DNA from: Alphaproteobacteria bacterium
GTDB taxonomy: Bacteria; Pseudomonadota; Alphaproteobacteria; UBA828
Assembly: GCA_965221125.1 (NCBI GenBank)
Contig: CBDCRW010000006.1
Coordinates: 640,001-704,000, forward strand
Reading direction: 5' to 3'
DNA: 64,000 nucleotides
Positions within the stretch are counted from its first letter, which is position 1; the number at the start of each line of letters is the position of its first letter. Below the pieces are notes generated by a model. That model saw only the letters and a list, made by a program, of their open reading frames with translations. It ran no database searches and was not told where the DNA came from. A program made the position numbers and the translations under genes. Positions 1 through 17,191 of the stretch are shown here, piece by piece.

Positions 1-5602
<5,602 letters not shown>

Positions 5603-5801
5603 GGTACCCCTCGGACTCTCGGCCCTGGCCGCGGCGTCAAGCGCCGCGGCAGGCCGTGGGTTAGTCTTTACGTGCGGTGCGGCGAGGCACGCCGCGCGAC
5701 CAAAGCCGCGCGTGCCCGTGCCCGCCCGCGCCGCAGCGCGACGGCGGGGCCGGTGCTACCCGGCACGTGACCGGGCGTGCGCCGGCGATAGCCAATCGTC
5801 G

Positions 5802-6179
5802 CTACTTGACCTCGACGGTCGCGCCGGCAGCTTCCAGCTGCTCCTTGATCTTGGCCGCGTCGTCCTTGGACACGTCTTCCTTCACGGCGTTCGGCACGCC
5901 CTCGACCAGCGCCTTGGCCTCCTTGAGGCCAAGGCCGGTGAGCGCGCGGACTTCCTTGATCACGTTGATCTTCTTCTCGCCGAAAGAGGTAAGGACCACG
6001 GTGAACTCGGTCTGCTCCTCGGCCTCCTCGGCCGCAGGCGCTGCGCCGGGCGCAGCGGCGACGGCGACGGGGGCGGCCGCTGAGACCCCCCACTTCTCTT
6101 CGAGCATCTTGCTGAGCTCGGAGGCCTCGATCACCGTCAGGGTCGAAAGCTCGTCTGCAATTTTGGCCAGATCAGCCAT
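5802..6179 (-). CDS. rplL: 50S ribosomal protein L7/L12
   Basis: [10 protein letters not shown]...[25 protein letters not shown]; operon position. Confidence 0.98.
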   Translation of the reverse strand: MADLAKIADELSTLTVIEASELSKMLEEKWGVSAAAPVAVAAAPGAAPAAEEAEEQTEFTVVLTSFGEKKINVIKEVRALTGLGLKEAKALVEGVPNAVKEDVSKDDAAKIKEQLEAAGATVEVK

Positions 6180-6226
6180 GTCGTCGGTCTCCTGGGGCTG
6201 GACAGTTATCGGTGTGCGTTGGCGAT

Positions 6227-6769
6227 TCAGTCGCCGGTCGGTGCGCTCTCGCCGGCAGTGTCTCCTTGTTCCGAGTAGGCGTTGAGGACGCGCGCGAGCT
6301 GGCCGCCGGGTGCGCTCAGAACGGCGGCGATCTTGGTCGCCGGCGCGTTCAGCACGCCGATCAGCCGGGCGCGCAGCGTATCGAGCGAGGGCAGCTCGGC
6401 CAGCGAGCGGACGTCGCGCTGATCCAGCGCGGCGCCGCCGAGGGCGCCACCCACGATGACGAGCTTCTCGTTCCCCTTGGCGTAGGCCACCGCGACCTTC
6501 GCGGCCGCCACGGGATCGTCCGAATAGGCGATCGCGCTGGAGCCCGAGAAGAGGTCGCCGAGCGGGGCGAAGGACGTGCCCTCCACCGCGCGCTTCGCCA
6601 GCCGGTTCTTCGTGACCCGGAAGGTCGCGCCGGCGGCACGCATCTGGCGCCGGAGATCCGAGGCCTCCGCCACCGAGAGGCCCTTGAACTGCGTCACGAC
6701 GACGAGATTGGTGCTCTCGAAGATGCCGCGCAGGGCTTCGACGATCTCTTCCTTCTTAAGCCGTTCCAC
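6227..6769 (-). CDS. rplJ: 50S ribosomal protein L10
   Basis: [15 protein letters not shown]...[12 protein letters not shown]...[16 protein letters not shown]. Confidence 0.97.
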   Translation of the reverse strand: MERLKKEEIVEALRGIFESTNLVVVTQFKGLSVAEASDLRRQMRAAGATFRVTKNRLAKRAVEGTSFAPLGDLFSGSSAIAYSDDPVAAAKVAVAYAKGNEKLVIVGGALGGAALDQRDVRSLAELPSLDTLRARLIGVLNAPATKIAAVLSAPGGQLARVLNAYSEQGDTAGESAPTGD

Positions 6770-6838
6770 GGCGTCCTCCGGCTTCTCCTGCGGCCATGAG
6801 GCACGCGCAAGCGCCGCTCTCGCTGCTCACCCTGCGCC

Positions 6839-7549
6839 TCACGATGCCGCCGTCTCCGCCTGCAGGGCGGCGACGTCGAGCTTCACGCCCGGCCCCTGGG
6901 AGGAGCTGAGCGCGGCCCGCTTCATGTAGGTTCCCTTGGCGCCGCTCGGCTTCGCGCGGTTGAGCGCGTCCACCAGCGCGCGTGCGTTCGCGGCCAGCGC
7001 CTGCTCGTCGAAGCTCGCCTTGCCGATGCCGGCGTGCACGATGCCGGCCTTCTCGACCCGGAACTCGACCTGACCGCCCTTGGCCGCCTGCACGGCCTCG
7101 GTCACGTCAGGCGTCACGGTGCCGAGCTTCGGGTTGGGCATGAGCCCGCGCGGGCCCAGGATGCGGCCGAGCTTGCCGACCACCGGCATCATGTCGGGCG
7201 TCGCGATGCAGCGGTCGAACTCGATCTTGCCGGCCTGAACGTCGGCCGCGAGGTCATCGTCGCCGACCACGTCGGCGCCCGCCTCGCGCGCCGCGTCCGC
7301 CTTGTCGCCCTTGGCGAAGACCGCGACGCGCACGCTCTTGCCGGTGCCGTGCGGCAGCGCCACGACACCGCGCACCATCTGGTCCGCGTGGCGCGGGTCG
7401 ACGCCGAGGCCGACGCTCATCTCGACGGTCTCGTCGAACTTCGCCTTGGCCCCCTGCTTCACCAGCGCGATCGCCTCGCCGAGAGCGTAGGTCCTCTCGC
7501 GGTCGACCAGATCCTTGGCCTGCCGCATCCTCTTTCCGATCTTCGCCAT
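6839..7549 (-). CDS. rplA: 50S ribosomal protein L1
   Basis: AKFDETVE...[13 protein letters not shown]...[16 protein letters not shown]. Confidence 0.98.
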   Translation of the reverse strand: MAKIGKRMRQAKDLVDRERTYALGEAIALVKQGAKAKFDETVEMSVGLGVDPRHADQMVRGVVALPHGTGKSVRVAVFAKGDKADAAREAGADVVGDDDLAADVQAGKIEFDRCIATPDMMPVVGKLGRILGPRGLMPNPKLGTVTPDVTEAVQAAKGGQVEFRVEKAGIVHAGIGKASFDEQALAANARALVDALNRAKPSGAKGTYMKRAALSSSQGPGVKLDVAALQAETAAS

Positions 7550-7554
7550 CGCCG

Positions 7555-7986
7555 CTAACCCACCACCTGAATGCCGATGGACCGCGCCGAGCCCTCGATG
7601 ATGCGGCAGGCCGCATCCATGTCGTCGGCGTTGAGGTCCACCATCTTCTTCTCCGCGATCTCGCGAACCTGCGCCCGCGTCACCTGGCCCACCGGGTCGA
7701 TCCGCCCAACCGTCTCCGACCCCTTGTCGATGCCGGCCGCCTTCTTGAGGAAGAAGCTGGCCGGCGGGCTCTTGGTCACGAACGAGAAGGTCCGGTCGTG
7801 GTAGACCGAGATCACCGTCGGGATCGGCATGCCCTGCTCGAGGTTCTGGGTCTGGGCGTTGAAGGTCTTGCAGAACTCCATGATGTTGAGCCCTGCCTGA
7901 CCCAGCGCAGGCCCGATCGGCGGCGACGGATTGGCCTGCCCCGCCGGCACCTGCAGCTTGATCGTTCCCGTCACTCTCTTAGCCAT
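7555..7986 (-). CDS. rplK: 50S ribosomal protein L11
   Basis: [31 protein letters not shown]. Confidence 0.98.
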   Translation of the reverse strand: MAKRVTGTIKLQVPAGQANPSPPIGPALGQAGLNIMEFCKTFNAQTQNLEQGMPIPTVISVYHDRTFSFVTKSPPASFFLKKAAGIDKGSETVGRIDPVGQVTRAQVREIAEKKMVDLNADDMDAACRIIEGSARSIGIQVVG

Positions 7987-8004
7987 GCCGCTCCCGCCCC
8001 GCCG

Positions 8005-8583
8005 TCAGGCCTTCTCGACCTGGGCGTATTCCAGCTCGACCGGCGTCGCCCGGCCGAATATCGATACCGCGACCTTGAGGCGCGCGCGCTCCTCGTCGAT
8101 CTCCTCCACTAGTCCGCTGAAGGAGGTGAAGGGGCCGTCGCAGACCCGCACCGTCTCGCCGATCTCGAAGATGACCGAGGGCTTGGGCCGCTCGACGCCT
8201 TCCTTGACCTGCTTGAGCACGCGATCCGCCTCGTCGTCGCTGATCGGCACCGGCTTGCCGCCGCTGCCGAGGAATCCGGTCACCTTCGGCGTGTTGTTGA
8301 TCAGGTGCCAGGTCTCGTCGGTCATGCTCAGGTGCGCGAGCACGTAACCGGGGAAGAATTTGCGCTCGGACTTGACCTTGGCGCCGCGGCGCATCTCCAC
8401 GACCTCTTCCGACGGCACCATGACGTCCGCGATCAGGTCGTCGAGGCCTTGCTGCCTGGCCTGCTCGCGGATCGACTGCGCGACCTTCTTCTCGAAGCCC
8501 GAGTAGACGTGGACGATGTACCACCGCCGCGCCGGCCCGTGAGCCTCGGCCACCTGCGTATCCGCCGCCGAGATGTCCGTCAT
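8005..8583 (-). CDS. nusG: Transcription termination/antitermination factor NusG
   Basis: [23 protein letters not shown] motif [25 protein letters not shown]. Start placed at the ATG overlapping the secE stop. Confidence 0.97.
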   Translation of the reverse strand: MTDISAADTQVAEAHGPARRWYIVHVYSGFEKKVAQSIREQARQQGLDDLIADVMVPSEEVVEMRRGAKVKSERKFFPGYVLAHLSMTDETWHLINNTPKVTGFLGSGGKPVPISDDEADRVLKQVKEGVERPKPSVIFEIGETVRVCDGPFTSFSGLVEEIDEERARLKVAVSIFGRATPVELEYAQVEKA

Positions 8584-8777
8584 CCGCCGATCCCCAGGAT
8601 CGCCCGCACCCCGATCGAGAGCACCTGGTCGACCAGGAAGAAGAAGACCGCCATGATGATCACCATGATCAGCACCATGATGGTGCTGATGGTCGTCTCC
8701 TTGCGCGTGGGCCACGTGACCTTGCTGATCTCCTGGCGTGCCTGACGCAAGAACTCGAGCGGGGGCGTGCGCGCCAT
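8580..8777 (-). CDS. secE: Preprotein translocase subunit SecE
   Basis: [20 protein letters not shown] followed by one TM helix; lies between tRNA-Trp and nusG. Confidence 0.95.
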   Translation of the reverse strand: MARTPPLEFLRQARQEISKVTWPTRKETTISTIMVLIMVIIMAVFFFLVDQVLSIGVRAILGIGG

Positions 8778-8805
8778 GGTCAGCACGCGCCCCTGCCCGT
8801 GCGCA

Positions 8806-8881
8806 TGGCAGGAGTGGAGGGTCTCGAACCCCCAACCTCCGGTTTTGGAGACCGGCGCTCTACCAATTGAGCTACACTCCT
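8806..8881 (-). tRNA. tRNA-Trp (CCA)
   Basis: AGGAGTGTAGCTCAATTGGTAGAGC-GCCGGTCT-CCA-AAACCGG...GGTTCGAG...CCA; canonical tuf-trnW-secE position. Confidence 0.97.
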
Positions 8882-8915
8882 ATTCTGCTTGCGCGCCGCG
8901 ACCGCTCGCTGCGGT

Positions 8916-10106
<1,191 letters not shown>

Positions 10107-10196
10107 GAACCCTATTCCTCGACCGCCAGGCTCTCGCTGCGGTTAAACAAGACAACACAAGCCGCGCACCGCTGCTGCGGTGTCGGCCGTATACTC

Positions 10197-10270
10197 TGGA
10201 GCGGGTGATGGGAATCGAACCCACGTAACCAGCTTGGAAGGCTGGGGCTCTACCATTGAGCTACACCCGC
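10197..10270 (-). tRNA. tRNA-Gly (TCC)
   Basis: GCGGGTGTAGCTCAATGGTAGAGC-CCCAGCCT-TCC-AAGCTGG...GGTTCGATTCCC...CCA. Confidence 0.96.
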
Positions 10271-10322
10271 TCGACCTGAGTCCCCCGCGCCCATCGCCGC
10301 GCGCGCGTGCACCGCGCACGTG

Positions 10323-10408
10323 TGGTGGAGGGGGTAGGATTCGAACCTACGTAGACATACGTCGGCAGATTTACAGTCTGCTGCCTTTAACCACTCGGCC
10401 ACCCCTCC
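10323..10408 (-). tRNA. tRNA-Tyr (GTA)
   Basis: GGAGGGGTGGCCGAGTGGTTAAAGGC-AGCAGACT-GTA-AATCTGC, long variable arm, GGTTCGAATCC...CCA. Confidence 0.96.
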
Positions 10409-10605
10409 GCGCCGAGGTGGACGCACCCGGGACTCGGAAGGGCGCACTATGGACATCCGCGGTCGATTGTCAACGCCCAAAGGAGCTCTCCGTGACGGCC
10501 CACCGCACCGCCAAGCCACCGTCGCTGCGCCATCGGCGCGCGCCGGCCGGCCCGGATGCCGGGGCGTCTCGCAAAAGGGATGGAAGTCTTATAATAGGGT
10601 GCGTC

Positions 10606-11442
10606 ATGGCACGCAACACTTCTCGCCGCCCGCGCGAGCGAACGGCCGGGCGCCGGCGCACGCATCAGGAGCAGCGCAGCCAGGCCAGGCCCCGGCGCGA
10701 ACGGCTCTACGGCGCCCACGCGGTGGCCGCCGCGCTCGCCAACCCGAGCCGCCGCTGCCACCGGCTGATCGCGACGCAGGAGGGCGCCACGCTGCTGGCT
10801 GGGCGCATCGACGCCCGCGCGCTGCCGCTTGCCGCCCGCGGCCTGCTCGATGCGCCGCAGATCGCGTCCCGCCAGGATATCGCGGCGCTCTTGCCGGACG
10901 GCGCCGTGCATCAGGGCATCGTGCTGGAGACGGCGCCGCTGCCGGCGGTCGATCTCGCGTCCGCCTGCAGAAGCCTCGCGCAGCGGGAGGGCGCAGCACG
11001 GACCGTGGTCGTGCTCGACCAGGTGACGGACCCGCACAACGTCGGTGCGATCCTGCGCTCGGCGGCGGCCTTCGCGGTGGGCGCCGTCGTGGTCCAGGAC
11101 CGCCATTCGCCCCAGAGCGCCGGCGCGCTCGCCAAGGCCGCCTCCGGCGCGCTGGAAACGGTGCCGCTCGCCCGCGTCGTCAACATCGCGCGATCCCTTA
11201 TCGTCCTGAAGGAGCTGGGTTATTGGTGCCTCGGCCTGGATCAGGACGCCGCCGAGCCGATCGAGGCCGTCTCCGTGCGGGCGCCGCTCGCGCTGGTCCT
11301 CGGCGCCGAAGGCGAGGGCATGCGGCGGCTCACGCGCGAGCGCTGCGATCTCACCGCCCGAATCCCCATGCCGGGCGCGATGGCGAGCCTCAACGTCTCC
11401 AACGCGGCCGCCATCGCGCTCTACGAGGTCGCGCGGCGATGA
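10606..11442 (+). CDS. rlmB: TrmH/SpoU-family RNA methyltransferase (23S rRNA Gm2251 methyltransferase-like)
   Basis: HQGIVL, VVLDQVTDPHNVGAILRSA, LVLGAEGEGMR, SLNVSNAAAIALYE; conserved position divergent from tRNA-Tyr. Confidence 0.9.
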   Translation: MARNTSRRPRERTAGRRRTHQEQRSQARPRRERLYGAHAVAAALANPSRRCHRLIATQEGATLLAGRIDARALPLAARGLLDAPQIASRQDIAALLPDGAVHQGIVLETAPLPAVDLASACRSLAQREGAARTVVVLDQVTDPHNVGAILRSAAAFAVGAVVVQDRHSPQSAGALAKAASGALETVPLARVVNIARSLIVLKELGYWCLGLDQDAAEPIEAVSVRAPLALVLGAEGEGMRRLTRERCDLTARIPMPGAMASLNVSNAAAIALYEVARR

Positions 11443-11523
11443 GCGCTGCGTGCTTGACAGGGCCTGCGGGCCGCGCTTGAAAGCGGACCTTCCGTGATCG
11501 TGCGCACTTCGAGCGAACTTCCG

Positions 11524-11599
11524 GCCGGCGTAGCTCAACTGGTAGAGCACTTGATTTGTAATCAAGGGGTTGCGGGTTCGAGTCCTGCCGCCGGCACCA
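11524..11599 (+). tRNA. tRNA-Thr (TGT)
   Basis: GCCGGCGTAGCTCAACTGGTAGAGCA-CTTGATT-TGT-AATCAAG-GGGTTGCGGGTTCGAGTCCTGCCGCCGGCACCA. Confidence 0.97.
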
Positions 11600-11712
11600 A
11601 TAAAATCAAGAATCTATGAGAGTAGCGAGTAAGCACAAAACACAATAGCCACAATAGAGTCACCTCGGGGCACTACGAACCGAACCGCCGTGACCTGCAA
11701 CGGGAGAAGTCC

Positions 11713-12036
11713 ATGCCTGAAATGACACGTGGCCGAGTTGCGTTTCAGGAGTTGCAACGTGCCCATGAGAATGGAGAAATCCAAATCGGTGTGGATACTA
11801 CCAAGTACAAGCGCCGAAGTTCTCCGTTCCGAGGTCCGTGGGGATCGAACAGCAAGAATGCCATACGCGAGCGCGTAATTGACTTTGCCCTTAGCGATCT
11901 TGGGAGTTGGTGGATGCTTTGGAAAGAAGGAGGGTTGTCCCTGCGTCGCGGAGAACACTTCGTTCATTCGCCGGACGGCTACTGGATAGACTTCGTTCTC
12001 AAGTCGGGGAGCGCCGCCAATCAGGGGGCGCCGTAA
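11713..12036 (+). CDS. Hypothetical protein (islet cargo, 107 aa)
   Basis: GGGAGAAG RBS before the ATG; plausible globular Trp-rich sequence; atypical codon usage; no recognised family. Confidence 0.6.
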   Translation: MPEMTRGRVAFQELQRAHENGEIQIGVDTTKYKRRSSPFRGPWGSNSKNAIRERVIDFALSDLGSWWMLWKEGGLSLRRGEHFVHSPDGYWIDFVLKSGSAANQGAP

Positions 12037-12089
12037 GTGGTTCGAGACGGTGCGTTGAGGCCGTGCACAGAGCAATCCGTGAAGCACCG

Positions 12090-12141
12090 GCACTTAATTG
12101 GTAATCGAGGGGTTGCGGGTTCGAGTCCTGCCGCCGGCACC
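12090..12141 (+). repeat. attR-like duplication of the tRNA-Thr 3' portion
   Basis: GCACTTAATTGGTAATCGAGGGGTTGCGGGTTCGAGTCCTGCCGCCGGCACC matches 11547-11598 with 3 mismatches, all in the anticodon arm. Confidence 0.92.
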
Positions 12142-12167
12142 GCTCGATCGGGGAGACAGGGGGCACC

Positions 12168-13391
12168 ATGGCCACCACCGCCGCCCTGATCGTCGCCGCC
12201 GGGCGCGGCCACCGGGTCGGCGGGCCGCTGCCCAAGCAGTACCGCCAGCTCGCGGGGCGCACGGTGCTGGGCCACAGCGTGCGGCGCCTCACGGCGCATC
12301 CCCGCATCGACCGGGTGCGCGTGGTGATCAACCCCGCGGACCGCGCGCTTTACGACGACGCGGTGCAGGGGAGCGAAGGCGCCGAGGCCGGCACGCTGCT
12401 GGAGCCGGTCGCAGGCGGCGCGACGCGGCAGGAATCGGTGCGGAACGGGCTCGAGAGCCTTGCGGAGGCCCCGCCCGCGCTGGTGCTGATCCACGACGGC
12501 GCCCGCCCGCTGGTGACGGACACGGTGATCGACGGCGCCCTCGACGCCTTGGCCGGCCACGACGGCGCGCTGCCGGCGCTCGCGGTGAGCGACAGCCTCA
12601 AGCGGGCGGCGCCGGGCAGCGTCCTGGTCGCGGGCGCGGTGGCGCGCGAGGGGCTCTGGCGGGCGCAGACCCCGCAGGGTTTTCGTTATCCAGAAATTCT
12701 CGACGCCCACCGGGCTGCGGCCGGCGCGGCGCTCACCGACGATGCCGCCGTGGCGGAGCAGGCGGGGCTTTCCGTCGCGCTCACGGCCGGCGACGAGGAC
12801 AACCTCAAGATCACCACCGAGCAGGATTTTTCGCGCGCCGAGCGCATCATGGCGGCGCATGGCGCGCGCGACGCCGACGTTGCGGCTGCGCTCGAGACCC
12901 GCGTCGGCATGGGCTTCGATGTCCATCGCTTCGGCCCCGGCGATCACCTCATGCTGGGCGGCGTCGCGGTGCCGCACGAGCTTGGCGTGGTCAGCCATTC
13001 CGACGGCGACGTGGTGCTGCACGCCATCGTGGACGCGGTGCTGGGCGCGCTGGCGGCGGGCGATATCGGCACCCACTTCCCGCCCTCGGACGAGACCTGG
13101 CGGGACGCGGATTCCGCGCACTTCGTGGCGCACACGCTGGAATTGCTGAGGGAGCGGGGCGGGCAGCTCGACCACGTGGATGTCACGCTGATCTGCCAGC
13201 GGCCCCGGATCGGCCCGCACCGGGCCGCCATGCTGGCGCGGCTCGCCGCGCTTCTGGGCTTATCCCCTGCACGCATCAGCCTGAAGGCGACGACGACGGA
13301 GCGCCTCGGCTTCACTGGGCGGGGCGAAGGCATCGCCGCGCAGGCGGTGGCCACGGTGCGCCTGCCCGCCGGGGGCGGCGATGACGGCTGA
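12168..13391 (+). CDS. ispDF: Bifunctional IspD/IspF (MEP pathway)
   Basis: [10 protein letters not shown]...[24 protein letters not shown], then [37 protein letters not shown]. Confidence 0.96.
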   Translation: MATTAALIVAAGRGHRVGGPLPKQYRQLAGRTVLGHSVRRLTAHPRIDRVRVVINPADRALYDDAVQGSEGAEAGTLLEPVAGGATRQESVRNGLESLAEAPPALVLIHDGARPLVTDTVIDGALDALAGHDGALPALAVSDSLKRAAPGSVLVAGAVAREGLWRAQTPQGFRYPEILDAHRAAAGAALTDDAAVAEQAGLSVALTAGDEDNLKITTEQDFSRAERIMAAHGARDADVAAALETRVGMGFDVHRFGPGDHLMLGGVAVPHELGVVSHSDGDVVLHAIVDAVLGALAAGDIGTHFPPSDETWRDADSAHFVAHTLELLRERGGQLDHVDVTLICQRPRIGPHRAAMLARLAALLGLSPARISLKATTTERLGFTGRGEGIAAQAVATVRLPAGGGDDG

Positions 13392-13866
13392 GGCGGGCGC
13401 GGCGCGGCTCGACCTGCGCGATCCCGCGACCCTGGTCGCGACCTGGTTCGGCACCGGGCTCACACGCTGGGCGCCGGGCACGGCGGCGTCTGCGCTGGCG
13501 CTGCCGGCCGCGTGGCTGCTCAGGAGCTACACCGGCGAGCTTGGCCTCGCCATCGCGGCGCTGGTCCTCTTCGCGATCGGCGTCTGGGCGGCGGCGGCGT
13601 GCGAGCGGCGCACCGGGGTGCGCGATTCGCCCGCCATCGTGGTCGACGAGGTGGCCGGGCAGTGGATCGCCCTCCTGCTGGTGCCGGCAGACCCGGCCGC
13701 CTACGGCATCGGCTTCGTGCTGTTCCGTCTGTTCGACGTGGTAAAGCCCTGGCCGATCGGCCTGATCGACCGGCACGTGAAGGGCGGCGTCGGCGTCATG
13801 CTGGATGACGTGGTCGCCGGCGTGTTCGCGGCGGTGGTGCTGTGGACCGTATGGGTGTGGCTGTGA
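13381..13866 (+). CDS. pgpA: Phosphatidylglycerophosphatase A
   Basis: WFGTG...[36 protein letters not shown]. Confidence 0.93.
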   Translation: MTAEAGAARLDLRDPATLVATWFGTGLTRWAPGTAASALALPAAWLLRSYTGELGLAIAALVLFAIGVWAAAACERRTGVRDSPAIVVDEVAGQWIALLLVPADPAAYGIGFVLFRLFDVVKPWPIGLIDRHVKGGVGVMLDDVVAGVFAAVVLWTVWVWL

Positions 13867-14363
13867 CCTTTCCCGGCAACGTGAGCAACAAGGCGGAGCG
13901 CCTGCTCGCGCTCTGCCGGGCGCGGGGCTTGCGCGTCGCCACGGCGGAATCCTGCACCGGCGGGCTGATCGCCGCCTGCCTGACCGAGATCGCAGGCTCC
14001 TCGGATGTCGTGGACCGGGGCTTCGTGACCTATTCCAACGAGGCCAAGCACGACCTGCTGGGCGTGCCCGAGGCGCTGCTGGCGAGCGTGGGCGCGGTCA
14101 GCGAGGAGGTGGCGCGGGCGATGGCGGAAGGCGCGCTCGAACGCTCCGACGCCGATCTCGCGGTGGCGGTGACCGGCATCGCAGGCCCCGGCGGTGCGAC
14201 GGAGAGCAAGCCCGTGGGCCTGGTGCACCACGCCTGCGCGGGGCCGGGCGGCGCGGTCCTCCACCGGCGCGTGGTCTATCTGGGCGATCGCGGCGGGGTG
14301 CGGCTTGCGACCGTGGAGACCGCGCTCGACATGCTGATCGACGGTGCCGAGCGGAGGAGCTAA
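13863..14363 (+). CDS. cinA: CinA C-terminal family protein (NMN deamidase PncC-like)
   Basis: [45 protein letters not shown]. Start codon uncertain. Confidence 0.9.
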   Translation: MTFPGNVSNKAERLLALCRARGLRVATAESCTGGLIAACLTEIAGSSDVVDRGFVTYSNEAKHDLLGVPEALLASVGAVSEEVARAMAEGALERSDADLAVAVTGIAGPGGATESKPVGLVHHACAGPGGAVLHRRVVYLGDRGGVRLATVETALDMLIDGAERRS

Positions 14364-15522
14364 CGCCCTGGCGGCGAGCGCGACGACCGAGCCAGTACAG
14401 GCGCGGGACGCGATCCTCGCCCACGCCAGGGCGCTCGGCTTCCAGGCCGTAGGGGTGGCGAGCGCGGACGGCGCGCCAGAGGATGCGGAAGCGCTCCGGG
14501 AGTTCCTGCGCCTCGGCTACGCCGGCGACATGGCGTGGCTGCCGCGCACGGCGGAGAGGCGGGCGGCCCCCCGTGCGCTCTGGCCGGAAGCCCGCAGTGT
14601 CGTCGTGGTGGGGCTCAACTACGGCCCGGCGCACGATCCGCTCCGCCTGCTGGAGGCGCCGGCGCGGGGGATCGTCTCGGCCTACGCGCAGGGCCGGGAC
14701 TACCACGACGTGATGAAGGGAAGGCTGCGGCGCCTCGCCCGCTTCGTCGTGGAGACCTTCGGGGCGGAGGTGAAGCTCTTCGTGGACACGGCGCCGGTGA
14801 TGGAGAAGCCGCTGGCGGCGCGCGCCGGCATCGGCTGGCAGGGCAAGCACACGAACCTGGTCTCCCGCGAGCACGGCTCCTGGCTCTTTCTCGGCGAGCT
14901 GTTCACGACCCTCGATATCGCGCCCGACAAGGGCGAGGCGGACCACTGCGGCTCCTGCCGCCAATGCCTCGACGTGTGTCCGACCGATGCCTTCCCCGCG
15001 CCCTACCGGCTCGACGCCCGGCGCTGCATCTCGTACCTCACCATCGAGCACAAGGGCCACATCGCGCCCGAATACCGCGCGGCGATGGGCAACAGGATCT
15101 ATGGCTGCGACGACTGCCTCGCAGTCTGCCCCTGGAACAAGTTCGCAAGCCGGACGACGGACTACGCCTTCCTGCCGCGCGCGGAGCTGACGGCGCCCCG
15201 GCTCGCCGACCTCGCAGAACTGGACGACGCGACGTTCAGGACGGTCTTCTCCGGCAGCCCGATCAAGCGGCTCGGGCGGGACCGCTTCGTGCGCAACGTG
15301 CTGATCGCCATCGGCAACTGCGGGGACGCGGGGGTCTGGCCGGCAGCGCAGCGGCTGCTGGGCGACGGCTCCCCGCTGGTGCGCGCGATGGCGGTCTGGG
15401 CGTCGCGGCGGCTCCTGGCCCCGGCCGGGTTCGCCGCGCTCCGCGCGCGCCACGAGCCTGCCGAGCGCGACCCTGCGGTGCTGGCGGAGTGGCAGGGTCA
15501 CGCCGGGGCCGGCGGCGCCTGA
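14344..15522 (+). CDS. queG: Epoxyqueuosine reductase
   Basis: [57 protein letters not shown]. Start codon uncertain. Confidence 0.95.
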   Translation: MPSGGANALAASATTEPVQARDAILAHARALGFQAVGVASADGAPEDAEALREFLRLGYAGDMAWLPRTAERRAAPRALWPEARSVVVVGLNYGPAHDPLRLLEAPARGIVSAYAQGRDYHDVMKGRLRRLARFVVETFGAEVKLFVDTAPVMEKPLAARAGIGWQGKHTNLVSREHGSWLFLGELFTTLDIAPDKGEADHCGSCRQCLDVCPTDAFPAPYRLDARRCISYLTIEHKGHIAPEYRAAMGNRIYGCDDCLAVCPWNKFASRTTDYAFLPRAELTAPRLADLAELDDATFRTVFSGSPIKRLGRDRFVRNVLIAIGNCGDAGVWPAAQRLLGDGSPLVRAMAVWASRRLLAPAGFAALRARHEPAERDPAVLAEWQGHAGAGGA

Positions 15523-15524
15523 CC

Positions 15525-16418
15525 ATGGCGGGGAAAGCGGGCAAGCGGCTCTTCTGCTTCGGCTACGGGTTCAGCGCCTCTGCCTTGGGCGCGCTGCTGA
15601 GCCCCGCCGGCTGGTCGCTCGCCGGCACGTGCCGGACTTGGGAAGGATGCGCGGCGCTGGCGGAGGCTGGCGTCGAGGCCGTCCCGTTTTCGCGCGAGGC
15701 GCCGCTGGCGGACCCGGCGGGGTGCCTGGCAGGCGCGACCCACATCCTGCTTTCCATCCCGCCCGATGACGTGGGTGATGCGGCGCTCGACCGCCACGGC
15801 GCCGATATCGCCGCGCTCTCGGGCGTGGAATGGATCGGCTATCTGTCCACTACCGGGGTCTACGGCGATACCGGCGGCGCCTGGATGGACGAGACCGCGG
15901 CACCGGCGCCCACCGGGGCGCGCGGCCGGCGCAGGCTCGCGGCGGAGAACGCCTGGCTTGCCTTCGGCGCGCGCCACGGCCTCGCCACCCAGGTCTTCCG
16001 CCTGGCGGGGATCTACGGGCCGGGGCGGAACGCGCTGGTTGCCGTGCGGCGCGGCGCGGCCAGGCGGATCGCGAAGCCGGGCCACGTGTTCTCGCGCATC
16101 CACGTGGCCGATATCGCGCGGGTGCTGGCCGCCTCCATCGCGCGGCCGCGGCCCGGCGCCATCTATAACGTCTGCGACGACGAGCCGGCGGCGGGAGCGG
16201 ATGTCGTGGCCCACGCCTGCGCCCTGCTGGGTGTCGCGCCGCCGCCGCTCGTGCCGTTGGCGGACGCCGACCTCACCCCGATGGCGCGAAGCTTTTATGC
16301 CGACAACCGGCGGGTCTCCAACGCCCGCATCAAGGAGGAGCTTGGCGTCGCGCTGAAATTTCCCGATTACCGGGCCGGCCTCGCCAGCCTGCTCGCGGAC
16401 GAAGCCGGCGCGGATTAG
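15525..16418 (+). CDS. Atypical SDR / NAD-dependent epimerase family protein
   Basis: LFCFGYGFSA Rossmann start, YLSTTGVYGD, FRLAGIYGPGR, FSRIHVADIA; commonly found next to queG. Confidence 0.88.
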   Translation: MAGKAGKRLFCFGYGFSASALGALLSPAGWSLAGTCRTWEGCAALAEAGVEAVPFSREAPLADPAGCLAGATHILLSIPPDDVGDAALDRHGADIAALSGVEWIGYLSTTGVYGDTGGAWMDETAAPAPTGARGRRRLAAENAWLAFGARHGLATQVFRLAGIYGPGRNALVAVRRGAARRIAKPGHVFSRIHVADIARVLAASIARPRPGAIYNVCDDEPAAGADVVAHACALLGVAPPPLVPLADADLTPMARSFYADNRRVSNARIKEELGVALKFPDYRAGLASLLADEAGAD

Positions 16419-17155
16419 CCGACGGCGGCGAGGCCGGGGAAGGCCTCGAGCAGCCAGAAGGCGACGGAACTGAGATAGCCGGTAATCAGCGCGGCTCCCA
16501 TGGCGATGAGGATGACGCCCGCGCCGACCTGGAGCGGCTTGCTGATCCTGCGGATGCGCCGCATGTGGCGCAGGAAGGCGCCGGTGAACGCGGCCGCGAT
16601 CAGGAAGGGGACGCCGAGGCCGAGCGAGTAGACCGCGAGCAGCGCGACGCCGCGGCCGACATCGGCGGAGGTCGCGGTGAGCGTGAGGATGCCGCCGAGG
16701 ACGGGCCCGATGCAGGGGGTCCAGCCGAAGGCGAAGGCCGCGCCCAGCAGGTACGCGCTCGCGGGCCGCCCGCCGGCGATGCGGCCGGCGAAGCGCATCT
16801 CGCGCTCGAAGAAGGGGATGCGGATCAGACCGGTGAGGTAGATGCCGAAGACGATGATCACGCCGCCCGCGACGTGCTCGAAGATCGTCTTGTGCTGCAG
16901 CAGGAAGCCGCCCACGGCGCTCGCGCTCGCGCCGAGTGCGACGAAGACCGTCGTGAAGCCGAGGACGAAGAAGGCGCTCAGCATCATCGCCGCGAGGCGG
17001 CGGCGAGAGATGCCCTGGTCGTCCCGCAGCTCCTCCAGGGAGCCGCCGGCGACGTAGGAGACGTAGCCCGGCACCAGCGGCAGAACGCAGGGGGAGAGGA
17101 AGGAGATCAGCCCGGCGGCGAAGACCGAGGCGATGCTGACGGCGGAGATGTCCAT
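16415..17155 (-). CDS. ccdA: Cytochrome c biogenesis protein CcdA
   Basis: AGLISFLSPCVLPLVPGY and FAFGWTPCIGPVLG; multiple TM helices. Confidence 0.93.
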   Translation of the reverse strand: MDISAVSIASVFAAGLISFLSPCVLPLVPGYVSYVAGGSLEELRDDQGISRRRLAAMMLSAFFVLGFTTVFVALGASASAVGGFLLQHKTIFEHVAGGVIIVFGIYLTGLIRIPFFEREMRFAGRIAGGRPASAYLLGAAFAFGWTPCIGPVLGGILTLTATSADVGRGVALLAVYSLGLGVPFLIAAAFTGAFLRHMRRIRRISKPLQVGAGVILIAMGAALITGYLSSVAFWLLEAFPGLAAVG

Positions 17156-17191
17156 GGCTGGTCGGCCGGCGGCCTGTGCGTCTCCGGTCCC

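Larger units (their letters stand above)
11600..12141. mobile_element. Minimal genomic islet integrated at tRNA-Thr (no integrase)
   Basis: AT-richer segment that ends in a copy of the tRNA-Thr 3' portion (12090-12141). IHF-like AATCAAGAATCTA lies right after the tRNA CCA. Confidence 0.8.

Noticed and set aside
12090-12141. Second tRNA-Thr(GGT) gene
   Set aside because: Lacks the 5' acceptor strand and D-arm, the anticodon stem is mispaired and there is no CCA end; it is an att-type fragment.
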